This document shows positions 27,111 to 40,329 of a stretch of DNA of 64,000 nt, piece by piece. The stretch is taken from positions 2,232,001-2,296,000 of the forward strand of contig CDPCPM010000370.1 of NCBI GenBank assembly GCA_976551045.1, read 5' to 3'. The notes beneath the pieces were generated by a model. That model did not search any database and was not told where the DNA came from. It worked only from the letters and a program-made list of their open reading frames with translations. Source of the stretch: Glaucostegus cemiculus. Taxonomy: Eukaryota. A program made the position numbers and the translations under genes. Position 1 is the stretch's first letter, and the number at the start of each line of letters is the position of its first letter.

Positions 27111-29224
27111 TCCAGCTGCAGTATGGATCTTGATTTAACCCGCTGCCACTAGGTACATTTGCACGCTGTTTGCTGTTTGCGGTTTCCCGCCACGCTGATA
27201 ACTCGTCCCAAATACTTCCAATTTTCCTTGCGCTCGGTCTGTAATATTCCGTGGTGGCTTTACCTTCACCGTTTGGAATTTGACTTCCCAATGTCTGGCT
27301 TTAAATTCACAAGCTCTGCTCTCTCCTGTTTCTTTCTGTAATATGTGGATGTTTAAATCAACCGTGCGCTGTGAGCCTTTCGTGATCTATTTCCGATAAA
27401 ATCAAAGACCTCGCCCCCAACTCCGACGTTTTCGAAATTTCGCAGAGATCGCCATCACATATTTTTCATTTTCCACCGAGAAGAATAACTTCACGGAAAT
27501 AACTGAGCTTGATCCTCTCTGAATGACAGAAGCGCCAAGTCGCGCGCAGCAATTCAGTCACGTGAAATCGCAGCCACAACAAGAAGAGTTTGAGAAACTA
27601 GGTGCAGGATTAGCCCACTCGCCCGCTTATTCTTGCCCCGCCTTTCAATATGATCAGCCGCAGGCCGGTCATCTCTTCTGTACCATTTCTTCAAGGACTG
27701 CAATTACATGATCATTCGAAAATTTGCCCAGTTCTCTGCAATTACTCATCATTAACCAGATTACAGAACCTACCGGCACGACGGATCATCTTCACCAATG
27801 ACGAGCAGAAGTTTCTGAGCTCCCTCGTTTGAAATGACTGATCTCAAATCTCATAATTATGCCCGTTTATTCTAAAACTCCCCCGCTTGTGAAAGCAGCT
27901 CGACATCTACCCTCTCATGCTCTCTCGGCATCAATTACGTTTCAATCAGATTATCCCACATTGCTGGTTATCTTGTTAACTCTTCTGAAAATATTCCAGG
28001 TACAAGACTTCGGGAAGAGCGCGTTCCATAAACAGAGTAAGCGGTCAAAGAAAGATGAATGAAATTGTGGTATAATCAACAGATTAAACTGGGGTGGAGC
28101 GGGATGAATGATACACAGTCTAATTTAGATTATGCACTGCATTAGATTTCAGCGTCAAGGTATTTACAAATTGCTCACAACTTTGTTCGCAGTTCTTATC
28201 CCTACCCTGCTTCCACGTTTTAAAATGAGCATGAAATTCTGCGAATATCCGTCGAAACATAGGATATTGATTAAGGGGAGAGTGTACGGCTGCTGATTCC
28301 TACTCTTGTCGCAGCATAACATCCACTGTTTGAAGCACCACAAGGAAGATTTCAAAATCACAAGGAAATGGATGCAGGAGTGGGCCACTGAGAACATTGA
28401 TCCTGCACCACCATTCAAGATGATCATGGCTAATATGAAATGCTGTGCTTCTGTACCACTTCCTCATCGTCTCTATTCCATGACCTTTCAAACGTTCCCT
28501 ATTCCTTTTGAAACAGCGTCATTGAACCAGCCTTCATAACCTCCCCTAATAGACCTCGCAGAGTTAATCATCCTCTGCGTTAAGCTTTTATGCCACTCTG
28601 TGTTAAATGACTGATCCCTAATCCCACGACTTTTGCACAAATAGGAGCAAAAGTCGGTCACTTATTTTATGCTTCACAAAATAAATAACTATTCCCTGGA
28701 TTGCAGCAAAGCACGATTCTTCCAACATTTTTCCACCATTGTGAAAGGCGGAATCAATCAGTAGTTGCACTGATTTCCCTGGCTCCTAAATTAATGAGCG
28801 TTGGCTTTGTGAGGCTGTTATATGACCTCAGAACAGTGAAATGGACACGTGCTCATTATTAAACCGCCATTTAGCATGATTCTATCGGATATGCCACACA
28901 GCTGATCTTTGGTTAAGTGCCACTTCCTGGTGGTCCTCACTTCCCTACACTTACAAACACTTGTCTTTTCCGCTTGAACCCCCCCCCCCCATTCAATCGG
29001 TCTCCTTGAACTTCCTTGATGGACAGACCCATTTATTCAACAGCCCCTGCGAATTGAAATTTCAGTCAGTGTGAAATGACTGACACCTATTGCCGAAACT
29101 ATGTCCTGCCCATTTGTTCCATGAATAGGAACTCGACCTCCACCCGCTCATGCCCCCTCTCTCATCATCAAGTTTCATGCTTCAATAAGAGCACCTTGCA
29201 TAGTTGCAACAGATTGAGCGCTTC

Positions 29225-29643
29225 AGAATCAGAATCAGAATCAATTTATTGTCACTTCCATGTACACACACAGCGTACATGGAGGCGAGATATCGTACTC
29301 CACAGGTCAAAAGTGCAAATAACATTAAAGACAATAAAGACAACAGACAAAGACATCAAAACATTGGTACCGCATGGACATCGGTCTGTCGATAAAACCT
29401 AGCCTCCCAGACTTCAACAGTACATCTCCCCCCACCTCCAGCCTCGCCACCGCCTCCCCCATCCCCTCAGCAAGCGTGGCTTGTTGCCTCAGTCCAGTAT
29501 CCCGTGGGCTGCGGTCCATCCGACCTCCTCCGTCCCCGCAGTCCATCCGACCACCTCCGGACGACCACCTCCGGCACCACAGTCCGACGAACACCTCCAG
29601 TCTCGAGGTCCGACGACCACCTCCGGCCCATTACGGCCCATTA
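29225..29643 (-). mobile_element. Retroelement 3' end ((AGAATC)n tail) joined to a GC-rich degenerate tandem repeat
   Basis: agaatcagaatcagaatcaatttattgtcac at 29225, followed by repeated ccgac(g)accacctcc units at 29520-29625. Confidence 0.55.
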
Positions 29644-31854
29644 ACAATGCCTAGAGAATATTGCATTCCATAAAGTTGTTTCATGAAGAAGTGTCCAAGA
29701 ATGATCGCTGAAGTTAGGAAATGAAAGAAAAAAAATAAAGCAGGATGCAAGGAAAATGATATCAAACATATCATTAAGCGATCTGGATCAAGGAATTTGC
29801 AAATGATTCACAGAGCAGTATTGGCTTGGGCTTTTAAACTGTCATACTCCGCCCTCAACACAGGTTAAACTCAGCAATATTGAGGATATCTGATGAAATG
29901 GCAGATATTAGTTGGTCACTGTTAAAAACTCTCCCTGTTGGCGGTGCCTGGCGCAAACCCTGTCGATGGCTGACTGACAGAGCCTAGGAATTAAGAACAT
30001 AGCTTTTCAGAAGCGAGAAAAAACAGAATATATAATCACTAAGGAGATGTAACACATCGGATTTGGGCTCCGAATGGTTTATAATAAACACACAGAGTCC
30101 AGTCGGTTATGGCACGGCTACCCAAATGAAGATACACAATGTGACAAAAGGGGAACACTATCGACCTGCTGCTACAATGTGGTGGCCATATGAACTCCTT
30201 AGAGTTGCTGTTCCGCAGTTTTAGTGATCTCTTCACTTACTAACAACTGTTCAATTGCATCAAGGAAAGTCTACGACTCAGCCTAAGCATTGCCTGAATT
30301 TGGATGTTGGAGTGCTAACTCCCAGTGTTACATATTTCTTGATTTTCTGAATGCCATTCAAAAGACTTGACCCCAATATATTGACGCACGCGTCTTGCAG
30401 CTGGTGTATCATCTGGGTAGAAGTGGTGTGGTGGGGATCATGAGATTTATTCCTCGGTTTTCACAGCTGAGCTTCGTTGAATGGTAATAACTGGTCCCCT
30501 CAACAGAAGATCGCAAATAATTCCAAGGTGGAATTAGAATCACAGTTCGTTTCGCCTGCGTCATGCCAGTGAGATTTATTACAAGCAATGTGGAGATATC
30601 TGAACATGTCTGATGCTAATCTGAAGCAACTAACATTTATTTAAGGCAATTCTGCTAACATCGCTGCTGAATTCAGTTGAATAAATCGGTGGGAATGTAG
30701 GTTCTGGGTCTGTAGTGACAGATACGCAACGTCAAACTGACAGGTGTGTCTACTCTAGTAATGACAGGGTTTTCCTTTCCAAATTACATGGCAGTTTTTA
30801 GCACAGATTGTGATTCATGATACATCTTCCTTGAATATAGTTCATATTCCTGAGGAGCAGAGGAGCCTGTTGCAATACTTCAATCCCGGAGAAATATCAG
30901 GGCTGAAAGCGATTAATACTGCAGCTTCACAGATCCAGACACCCAGCTTCCATTTTGCTCTCGGATGCTGCGCATGCAGAGATTGCAAGTTCTTCCTAAC
31001 GCTGCATGGATATTCAGACCATGCTACTTTTCACATTCGAAGTGCATGCTGGTAGTTTCATTGACGCTGTAAATGCCCCAAATGTAGGTAAATGACTAAA
31101 CAATCAGAAAGAAGGTGATGGGCATGTGAGTGCATGTTGCAAACTTACAAGGAACTGAAAAGGTGAGGAATGAGAATGATAGAATGGTTGTGTATGGAGC
31201 TGCCACTCACCCGAATGACCTATTTCTGTACCATAGGACTGAGGAAGGGGACACGCAGTCATTGACTGACGGAAGCTAGACAAACAAATGGACAGCATAC
31301 GGCGACATTGTCAATGATGCCCACGTTGAACAATTGAACAGGAAGAGCAAGCTTAAAACTGAAATAGAACTTATTTCTCACTGTTTCCAAACAAGGTCCG
31401 GTTAGTATTTCGAACACCAGAACAAATTCCCACGTCGTATGGCTTCCTCCGACTTTTCGACATCTTCCCTGCCTTAGGAGAAATAAACGTAAAATCCTCG
31501 TATCTTTGGCAAATAATTTGACAATATTTGATGCTACTATTTGATGCTACTATTTCCTTCGCAATTAATGAATTAAACCCTGCTTTCATAGCTGTAACTT
31601 TAAAAAAAGATCTCTCGGGAAACGGTTTTCAGATCACACCTCCAAGACACTACCATCTACCTCCACCAGATGGCGAATTTGTCAGCATTTGGTGGATTGC
31701 CCGAAGCTTCGTAATTTTCATTCTGCTCCGTGGACATTTACGGTTCGGAAAAAAAGATTTGGTACTTTCCAATCTCGCACGTACACAGAGAGCGAAATTC
31801 CAATATGACACCGTGGCATATATCTATAAAAAGCATAGCTAAAATATGCTTCTA

Positions 31855-31985
31855 GTACTGATGAAGGGTATCCCACCAATACGCAGACTGTTTATTTCAC
31901 TCCGTGGATGCTGCCTGACCTCCTAAGTTCCTCCAAACCCTTTTTTATGTATTGCTCCAGATTCTGGCATCTGGAGATTTTTTTG
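31855..31985 (+). mobile_element. Penelope-associated short terminal fragment
   Basis: ctgatgaaggg...ggatgctgcctgacc..ctaagttcctcca...attgctccagattc motif, same family as 4265-4350. Confidence 0.55.
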
Positions 31986-33835
31986 TGTGTGTGTCTTACG
32001 AAACATATCTTCAATAAAAATAGACCTTCTGTCATCGGAATCCCAATCTATATGCGACAAAAGAATGTTACATCCCAGGATAAGGATTTCTCCACATTTT
32101 GCACTGCTTTTACAGCTGCTATTTCCTTATCGATAATTTCCATGGACTATACGTCTTTCCACTTAAACTGTGAATCTTGTGTCATGTCTTCCAACGCAGA
32201 ACGTCTGCTGAGCAGACGATCTATACCGTGGGGTGCAGAGTCCTGTTCATCCAGATGACCACATACCCTTCTTACTCTTCTCAGGGCGTACAACGGCTTA
32301 GCCCCACCACCTGATTATTCTGGGAGACGGGAAAATCAGTGCGGTGGAATGAGACTTGAAGTAGAACGCTCTGCTCCAATCTGCCGAATATTTCATTATT
32401 TTAGGAAATAGAAAAGCGACATGTCAATGGGTGAGTAAAGGAAAACTCTTCATGTCAGTGAGTGAGTAAAGGAAAACTTATGATACAGATATCATACTTG
32501 TCAAACCAATTGCAGTTTGCTTTAAGATAGCAACTGACATAACAGGAAAGGACAGGCAATGGGTGTAGAACACAGAGTGTTCAAGGTAGCCCACGAGAAG
32601 GTGCCACTATGAATTTATTCAACAACATTACAACATATACATTTTCGAAGGGCTACTGTCATAGATTACACATCAATCAATAAGTAGAAAACATAGAATT
32701 GGGGACATGTTCTGATTCCGAAACTGCAACTATTTGGGCCCAGTTACTCACGTGTGTCAACAACTGCCTTAAGAAAGCGAAGAGTAATATTCCCACTTTA
32801 CCAAATTATATAAAGCTCAGCAAGAGTCTCAGTAGCAAGGAGAAGCTGAGTATCTTCTGGCAACATCAAGATCCTAACCGGTTTGGAGTCATCTGCTCAA
32901 CATCAAGAACTCGCGCAATTCTCATTCCCCGCTCTCTGACTCCACTGAGTCATGGTAAAGGACAAAGCGTAATGGTAAAGGACAAGGCAGGAAGGAGTAC
33001 TGTGAAAATATCTGCATAATCCTACCCACAGCTCAAAGGACAGTCTCTCGTTATTTCACTCAATGCCAATTACAACACTGAGGTTACCATTTAAGTAATC
33101 AGGCTGGGACTGTTCATTGTTCCTATTCCACTGGTGTTAAAACATTGTTGTTTTTATTATTGATTTATTATTGTCACAGTAACTGGGATGCTTTCAAAAG
33201 GTTTTGTTCCTTTGTTATCAAGACAGACCATTCCATTCAGAAGTACATGGAAGTACTAAAAAATAAATAAAACTGAATGCAGGCAAAGTGTTGCAGTGAC
33301 AGGGAAATGCATTGTTGACAGTCAAATAAAGTACAAAGACCAAAACTAGGCCGATCAGGAGCCCAAGATTTCATCATCTGTCGTATGACAGGTCCGTTCA
33401 GATGTCTGATATCAGCGGTATAGAAATTGTCCTTGAATCCGGCGGTACCTGCTCTCAGGGTTTCGTACCTTCTGTCCGTGGGAAGAGCAGGGAAGGATGG
33501 AATGGGTCCTTGATTACCTCGCCTGCTTTGTCGAGGTAGTTAAAGGTGTGAACGGAGTCAATGGGGGGAGGCTTGTGGACGGGAGGAACTGCGCTGCATT
33601 CACAACGCTCTGTAATTTACTGCGGTGTTGGGCAGAGCAGTTGCCATACAAGATCAAGTTCTTTCACAGGCATAGTCATAGAATATTCCATGTTATGCTT
33701 CATTGCATTTCCTTTTAAAATGTGATGAATCCTTGTGAATCGGTCCATGAGTCAGTCATATGCACAATCCCTAGGTATACACTGCTCGCCACACTCCATC
33801 GCATGGTCTTTCTGTCTCAATCTCTCTCTTCACAG

Positions 33836-33838
<3 letters not shown>

Positions 33839-33904
<66 letters not shown>
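33839..33904. repeat. (TC)33 microsatellite upstream of V A5
   Basis: Directly visible. Confidence 0.97.
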
Positions 33905-33907
<3 letters not shown>

Positions 33908-34445
33908 ATATAATCATCACGTTGGATTTGATGAATCCGCCCAGTTCTCCGTTCAAAGCAATTTATCCGGGGAAGGAGGAAGAGCGGCATTTTGCATCCG
34001 GTCCCTTCGCTGGGATTCAACGCGGGAATGCTATAAGTATAGTAAGGGCATGACACCAAGCCATCACTGTATTACTTAAATGAACACTAAATACTGAACG
34101 GACCCAGGGGGTCACCTTTCTTTCATATTGTTGTGTCTTCGACCTTCGACAACAGTGCCGAGTTTCCCCCGTTACAACGGCCGGGAAGACTTCGTTCCCG
34201 ACCTGGTCTCAGCAAGTGGAACGTTCATATAAGAACACCAACCGTGTACTCGCTGGGAATGTTGGTTGGGTAGCGGGGTGAGGAGTGTGGAGAGAGGCTG
34301 GAGAGCAGTTCCCATTCGCTGATATTCACTCCCCGGACACGCATGCCACAGCATCTCTAGCAAAAACAGTAGAAGCGAGAACATCCTGAAGCCTTGCTGC
34401 AGCTGTTTGAACTGGATATACCTCAACCCATCCTTTGTGGACAAC

Positions 34446-35289
34446 ATGCGAATCCTCGTCATTTGGATTGAGTGCAGAACATGCATGACAGTTAACTGCG
34501 CAACTGACACTTCGTCTTCTTTCTACAACTGAGTTTCGACCTGAATCGTGAACAATCGTCGACTGACTCCTTCCCTATTTGAAAATACATTTTTCACAAG
34601 ATCACAAGATAACAAGATAATGGAGCAGAAGCAGGCCAGTCGGCCCATTGAGTCTGCTCCAAAGGGAAGGGAGGGTGGGGAAAAAAGAGGATAAGAGATA
34701 AAATAAAAATAAAAACCTATTCTGTCCAAATCCCTGCCTTATCTCCATATCCCTTGATACCTTGACCAATTAGATATCTATCTATTTCCTTCTTGAATAT
34801 CCCCAATGATCTGGCCTCCACTGCTTTCTGTGGTAAGGAGTTCCACAGGTTCACCACCCTCTGGCTAAAGAAATCCCTCCTTATCTCTGTTTTGAACCTG
34901 CTTCCTCTAATTCTAAGGTTGTGTCCTCTAGTCCTGGATTCCCCCACCAAGGGAAACAGCTTGACCACATTCACTTTGTCCATTCCTTTCAACATCTTGT
35001 ACGATGTTTCAGATGCGAGTCATGGAGATTCTGTCACTCGGATGCATTCCTCAGCAGTGAAGGCAGGACGTGAGGAGGTGATCATCAGATGCACTTATGA
35101 AACTGCAGCAGGTCTCAGCAATATATTCTGGTACCTGCAACAACCAGGCTCAGGGTTTCAGTTTGTACTGAGGAAAGATTGGAATAACAATGAAGGGAAA
35201 GCAAATTTTGCCCAAACTCGCTTCTATGTCAGTCGCCAGTCCGGAATAAAATTCACCAGGGAAACCAGTTAAACCTTTGTTTAAAAACT
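34446..35289 (+). pseudogene. TRAV/TRDV: V pseudogene A5 (donor mutated, CR1 insert in intron, 3' end and heptamer deleted)
   Basis: Leader 34446-34491 with GT changed to TT. V exon from 35013 (DASHGDSVTR...IRC...WYLQQPG...RFYVS) lacks DSAVYYC and joins directly to spacer ggaaaccagttaaacctttgt plus nonamer remnant ttaaaaact. Confidence 0.88.
34597..35005 (-). mobile_element. CR1 3' fragment inserted at the A5 intron acceptor
   Basis: Minus ORF 34717-34995 MLKGMDKVNVVKLFPLVGESRTRGHNLRIRGSRFKTEIRRDFFSQRVVNLWNSLP. (CAAGAT)-type tail at 34597-34620. Confidence 0.88.
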
Positions 35290-36997
35290 GCAGCTTTAGT
35301 ATAAATGTCGACTTTAAACGCAGCAGCCGTATACATCTGCATTGTTCTTGCTATTTGTTGTTTCCACCACGCGAAATCGTCCGAAATGCTTTAAGTTTTC
35401 TTTGACCTCGGTCTGTACAGCTTCCGCTGTAGATTTGTTTTTGTTTGTCACTCGCTAGAACTTTTGACGCCAATGTCTGTCTTTATAGTCATAATCTCTG
35501 CTGTCTCGTGTTTCTTTCTACAGTATGTGGATATTTCCAATCAGACTGACGCCGTGCATATATCACGGTCACTGATCTATTTACGATAAAATTCACATAG
35601 CTCCCTTCATCTAAGCGATTCGCCATCACCAATCGAGCAGGGGAGGCGCCTGAATTTCCAGCAAAACAAAGATTCATCTACACTGAGTGACGGACCCACC
35701 AATTAGTAAGCTGTAATTCAGTCACGTGGGATAAATCAAATGCAAAGTTGCAGGAATGCTGGCTGATATAAATGGCGGTTACAGTCATATTAACCTGTCT
35801 TGAAGAACTTCACAGAGCTGCCACGTCAGTTAAAAAAAGAAGCTGGCGCCAGAGCTTGGCGATTCGTAGCAGGCTGCTCTCTACAGGTCTTCTCATTATT
35901 TCTATTGTAATTTCTCTACTCTTTTAAATCTAAATTCTTTGTGTCTGAGAATAAACAATTGGGCATTTTGTTGTGTTTTTTTTTCCTTTGTACTACCTCA
36001 ATGCAACGAAAGGATCGGTGCGAACAGCATGCAAAACAAGTTTTTTATGGTACTCAGTACATGTGACAATAATAAAAAAAAATGCCAATATGATCGGCTA
36101 AACGCCCGATGATTTCTTCTGTATCATTTCGTCATGGCTCACAGCTCCCTGATCAATGAAACGTTTGCCCATTTCTCTGGTAATAGCCATAAAGAACAAA
36201 TTTTCCAGCCTCTACAACCTGCCGGCAAAACGAATTGCAGTTTCGTAACCCTCTGCCATCAGACTCTCCCGCTTGAGAAAGCAACTTGACATCTATCCTC
36301 TCTGTGTCTGTATGTCTACGTTATCTTTCTGTTTGTCTGTCGAACTATTTCTCGAGCAGACTGAACGCATACACACGCAGCGCTCTCTCCGCTCTCCGTC
36401 TGAGTTAGCACTCACCCCTCTCTCTCCTCACTACTTTTCAATAAAACCATCGGGATGGGTGCACTGAATGAGCCCATGTCGCTGTTATACGTAATTGGTC
36501 TGGGGAAGGATCGACAGAGCAACAGCATCTAGTCCTATCGCTGTGGGTTCAAAGCGGGAGCCCGGTTACTGACTGGGTCTAAGATAGATTAGTACAGTAA
36601 GCACGTCACCAAGGGGTCGCTGGGCTCGATGACACAACTCGAAATGATGAACGGACACAGAGTTCACGTTTTTTTGACGTGGTGGTGGCTTTGACTTTCG
36701 ACACTAGTGCCCAGCTTTCCCCATCACAATGACCTGGAAGGTTTGCTTCCCAACCCACTTTCAGTAAGCGATACAGTTTCACTGACTGTGTCCTCTCTGA
36801 GAAGGGGAGTGGGTACTTGGGGTGTGCAGGGGGAGCAGGCCATGAGCTGGATACCCATTCGCTCATATTTGCTCCCACCCACCAAAGTCACAAGCATTAT
36901 CAGCACAAATAGTAGAAGCGAGAACGTCCTGAAGACTGACAGTGTTTAGTCAGTCAGAAGACTTCTTCGTACCCCCAAGCCATTCTTTGCAGACAAA

Positions 36998-37480
36998 ATG
37001 CGAATCCTCGTCATTTCGATTATGTGCGGGGCATGTATGACAGATAATTGCGCAACAGACAGTTTTTATTTACTTTCTTCAATGTGGTTTCGACCCGAAT
37101 CGTGAACAATCATCTATTTGAATATATTTTTCAGATCCGAGCCATGCAGTTTCTGTCATTCAGACGCCTACCTCAGCAGTGAAGGCAGAAGTTGAGACGG
37201 TGACTTTCAGATGCACCTATGATACTACATCGAGTGACTAGAACTTATTCTGGTACATGAAACAACCGGAGTCAAGGCTTCAGTTTATGCTGATTAGATA
37301 TTGGAATGGTAATGAACAGAAAGCAGATTTTGTCCCAAATCGCTTCTCTGTCAGTTTCCAGACTGAAACACAATCCACTGCTTGACTGTTTCGGTGTTGC
37401 AACTGAGGGATTCTGCAGTTTATTACTGCGCCATTCAGCTGCACGGTGATGGAAACCAGTTAAACACTGGCACAAAAACT
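36998..37480 (+). pseudogene. TRAV/TRDV: V pseudogene A6 with RSS
   Basis: Leader 36998-37043 with donor GT changed to AT. V exon from 37135 has an in-frame TAG at 37239-37241 and a 1-nt frameshift near 37380. RSS CACGGTG-23-ACAAAAACT at 37442-37480. Confidence 0.9.
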
Positions 37481-38222
37481 TCAGTTTGGATCTCGACTTT
37501 ACTCGCTGCAGCTGGATACATCTGCACCCTTCGTGCTCTATGTGGTTTTCCGCCACCCTGAGGAATTTCATAACACTTTTCGTTCCCTTTATGCTTGGTC
37601 TGTGCAGGTTCCGCTGTTGGTTTACTGCCATTAAGTTGAATTTGACTTGTCAATGTCTGTCTTTAGATGCCTAATTCTGCATCCTCCTGTTTCTTTTTGC
37701 AATAGAATGCTGTTGGCACCCCTCTCGTTAACGGTTGCGATTCTATTGCATTCACAGCGCTCGCCTCATCGAAGTTTTGTTAATTTAGAGCGATTGCTTT
37801 TATCAATTTTTCGTCAGCACAGTTCAAGTTGCAACGGGAAGACCGAATGAACTTAAATACCAAGGCTCAGTCCATCCACCTTGAGATATGGAAGAGCCAT
37901 TTCGCTCCAGACAAATCAGACACGTGTGAGATAGAGGGATGAATCGCCAGCAATACTGGAGGAAGCTCCAGAGAATATCAAAGCGGACAAACACACAATA
38001 ACAAGACCTTAAAACCGTTAGAAAACAGATGCACGGAATCACAATGCTGCCCCGCCGCTCATTATAAACATGGCTGATCGGCCGCGCGTCGGATCTTCTC
38101 TTATGCACCACTTCTCCTTGGCCAATACTCTGAGCTTTCAAACAATTGTCTATTTATATTGAATTGCTTTATTGAACTAGTCTTCATTACCTTCATGGTG
38201 CACAGTTCCAGAGATTAACCAC

Positions 38223-38750
38223 CCTCTCCGAGAGGTAGATTCCACGCCACTCATTCTTAATGACTATTCCCTCATCCGGTAACAGTGTCCTATCCAATTA
38301 TTCAGGACTCTCCCGCTTTGTAAACATCTCGATATCTTTCTTGTCATGTTCCCGCAGGATCGTCTATGTTTCAATAAGATAATCACCCATAAGTTGCATT
38401 ACAATCAGCTTCAGTAAAATAACCTCGCCAAACAAAAGTATCTTGGAGAAGAGCGCGCCCCATAAACGAGAAAAAGTATCGAAGAAAAATAAATGAGACT
38501 GATAAATAAGAACAGAAACAAAATAAACTTGGGTACAGCGAGAATATCATCAACAAATATGTTTCCCGGTTCGAAGAATTTACAAGTTAAAGTGTAGTGC
38601 TTGCTCAGAGATTTTAATTTATAAATTTAAATAAGTTTCATTTGCACACAAATGCTCATTGCACGAAGGCAGTTCAACAATAGGACACAATTACCGGATG
38701 AGGGAATAGTCATTAAGAATGAGTGGCGTGGAATCTACCTCTCGGAGAGG
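38223..38750. repeat. 71-bp inverted repeat (arms 38223-38293 and 38680-38750, 2 mismatches)
   Basis: Base-by-base reverse-complement match. Confidence 0.93.
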
Positions 38751-40329
38751 CAGTTCTACGGCTCAACCCAACTATTGTGTGCACACGGACGTGGAAAGTG
38801 TTAACCTCCAATTGTCCAGCTTGATTGACCATCTCAAGGAACTCCCTGGCTGCCTTAGATTAGAGATCAAGTCGCTTCTGAAACTAACGATGACACAAAC
38901 GTCATAAAGGTGATATTAATTATACTCTTGGAACTGATAACTGAACACGCCTGACACTAGCCTGAAGGAACCAACATTTAATTAAAAGAATGCAATTTCC
39001 ATCTCTGTTCATTCGGGATGCATAAATCCTGGTGGGGATGAGGATTTAGGCCTGTGGTGACAAATGCAGCAAGTCAATCTCAGAGGAGATTTTCCTTTAT
39101 TTCCAGTTGCAAACACAGAATGTCAAATAGTCACAGAAATAGGCCCTTCGGTCCAACAGGTTCATGGCCATTACAGCGCCCTCTAGTCCCTGTTCGGCCC
39201 CAAATCTGGCACTCACTCGCTCACTCACGCCATCTGCCTCTCTCTTTCTCTCTCTTTCAATTAGCACTTCTTCGGACAGAGCGAATCACATAGGGAATAT
39301 ACAACGCAGTATTTGGCAATTCCTCATCTAAACCTTCACTGCGGTTCGAAGAAGGAGCGGGGATAGTAACATTCTCGGAGATGGATTAAACCGTCAAAAT
39401 ATTTCACAAGCAGTCGGCGTGATTTCTGAGTCTGGATAAATCTTCTGCAATCAATTGCTTGATGCTCTTCTACCGAGAGCACTGAAATCCAACCAGTTTG
39501 TCGGCTATTCTACAGGCCAATATTTATCAAGTAGGAGTTATAATCAGTTATATTGTTTTTGAAACTCTAACCTACCACTTGGAACGGAGAGGATCCTCGA
39601 CTATTGATCGTGCGCCTTTCACTGTGAGCCGAGACTCTGTGACCCCACCGATTGGGCAGGATTTATACATCTCAAATGAGTAGAGTTGGACATTGGTGAA
39701 CCATAATTAAATGTTGGTTACTTCAAATTAGTGCTTGGCATGTTCAATTACCAGTTCTCAGAGGGGTGGTCGCAATTTAAAAGTCCTAGAATTCGCTGAA
39801 CCGGAAGTTTTTGCAGACTATTTAACGAGAAGTCGGCACATGTTTGAATTATCAGGCAAATGAGCGGTATGGAGAAGTCCTGCAGAACAGAACAGGGATG
39901 TAGTAGATCACTGAATGGCGGAGCAAGCTTAAGAGGCAGAATGGCCCATATCCTCACCTATTCTCTGATGTTCTCAAAGTCTTGTTGTTGGGTGTGTGTG
40001 TCAGCCGTTATATTTCGCCATGTTTCCTACCAATTTTTACCGAGGATTTTTCCCTGCGTTTCCCATGCGACTGATTTGCCGGACGCAAATTGGCTTTTCC
40101 ATCATTCGGTGTTGATTACTCCTCGGAATTGTCCTTTCACACTGAAGTTTCGTATTCCTGCCCATTGATGAAAGTAGGCATCACTATCATACCCTCATGT
40201 GTCGTTCAATTGCTTGTGGTGCTTTTGTAACCCAAACATGTAATTTTGTTTGCTTAGTACCATGGCGAAACGGAGGACATTCTGGTTCACGGCAGATCAA
40301 AACAGAGCCATCTTAACAGTCCCATTTCT

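Noticed and set aside
31858-31885. Hammerhead ribozyme core in Penelope-type tails (also 4266-4290)
   Set aside because: One copy has CTGATGA but lacks GAAAC; the other has GAAAC but a broken CTGANGA. Neither is a complete core.
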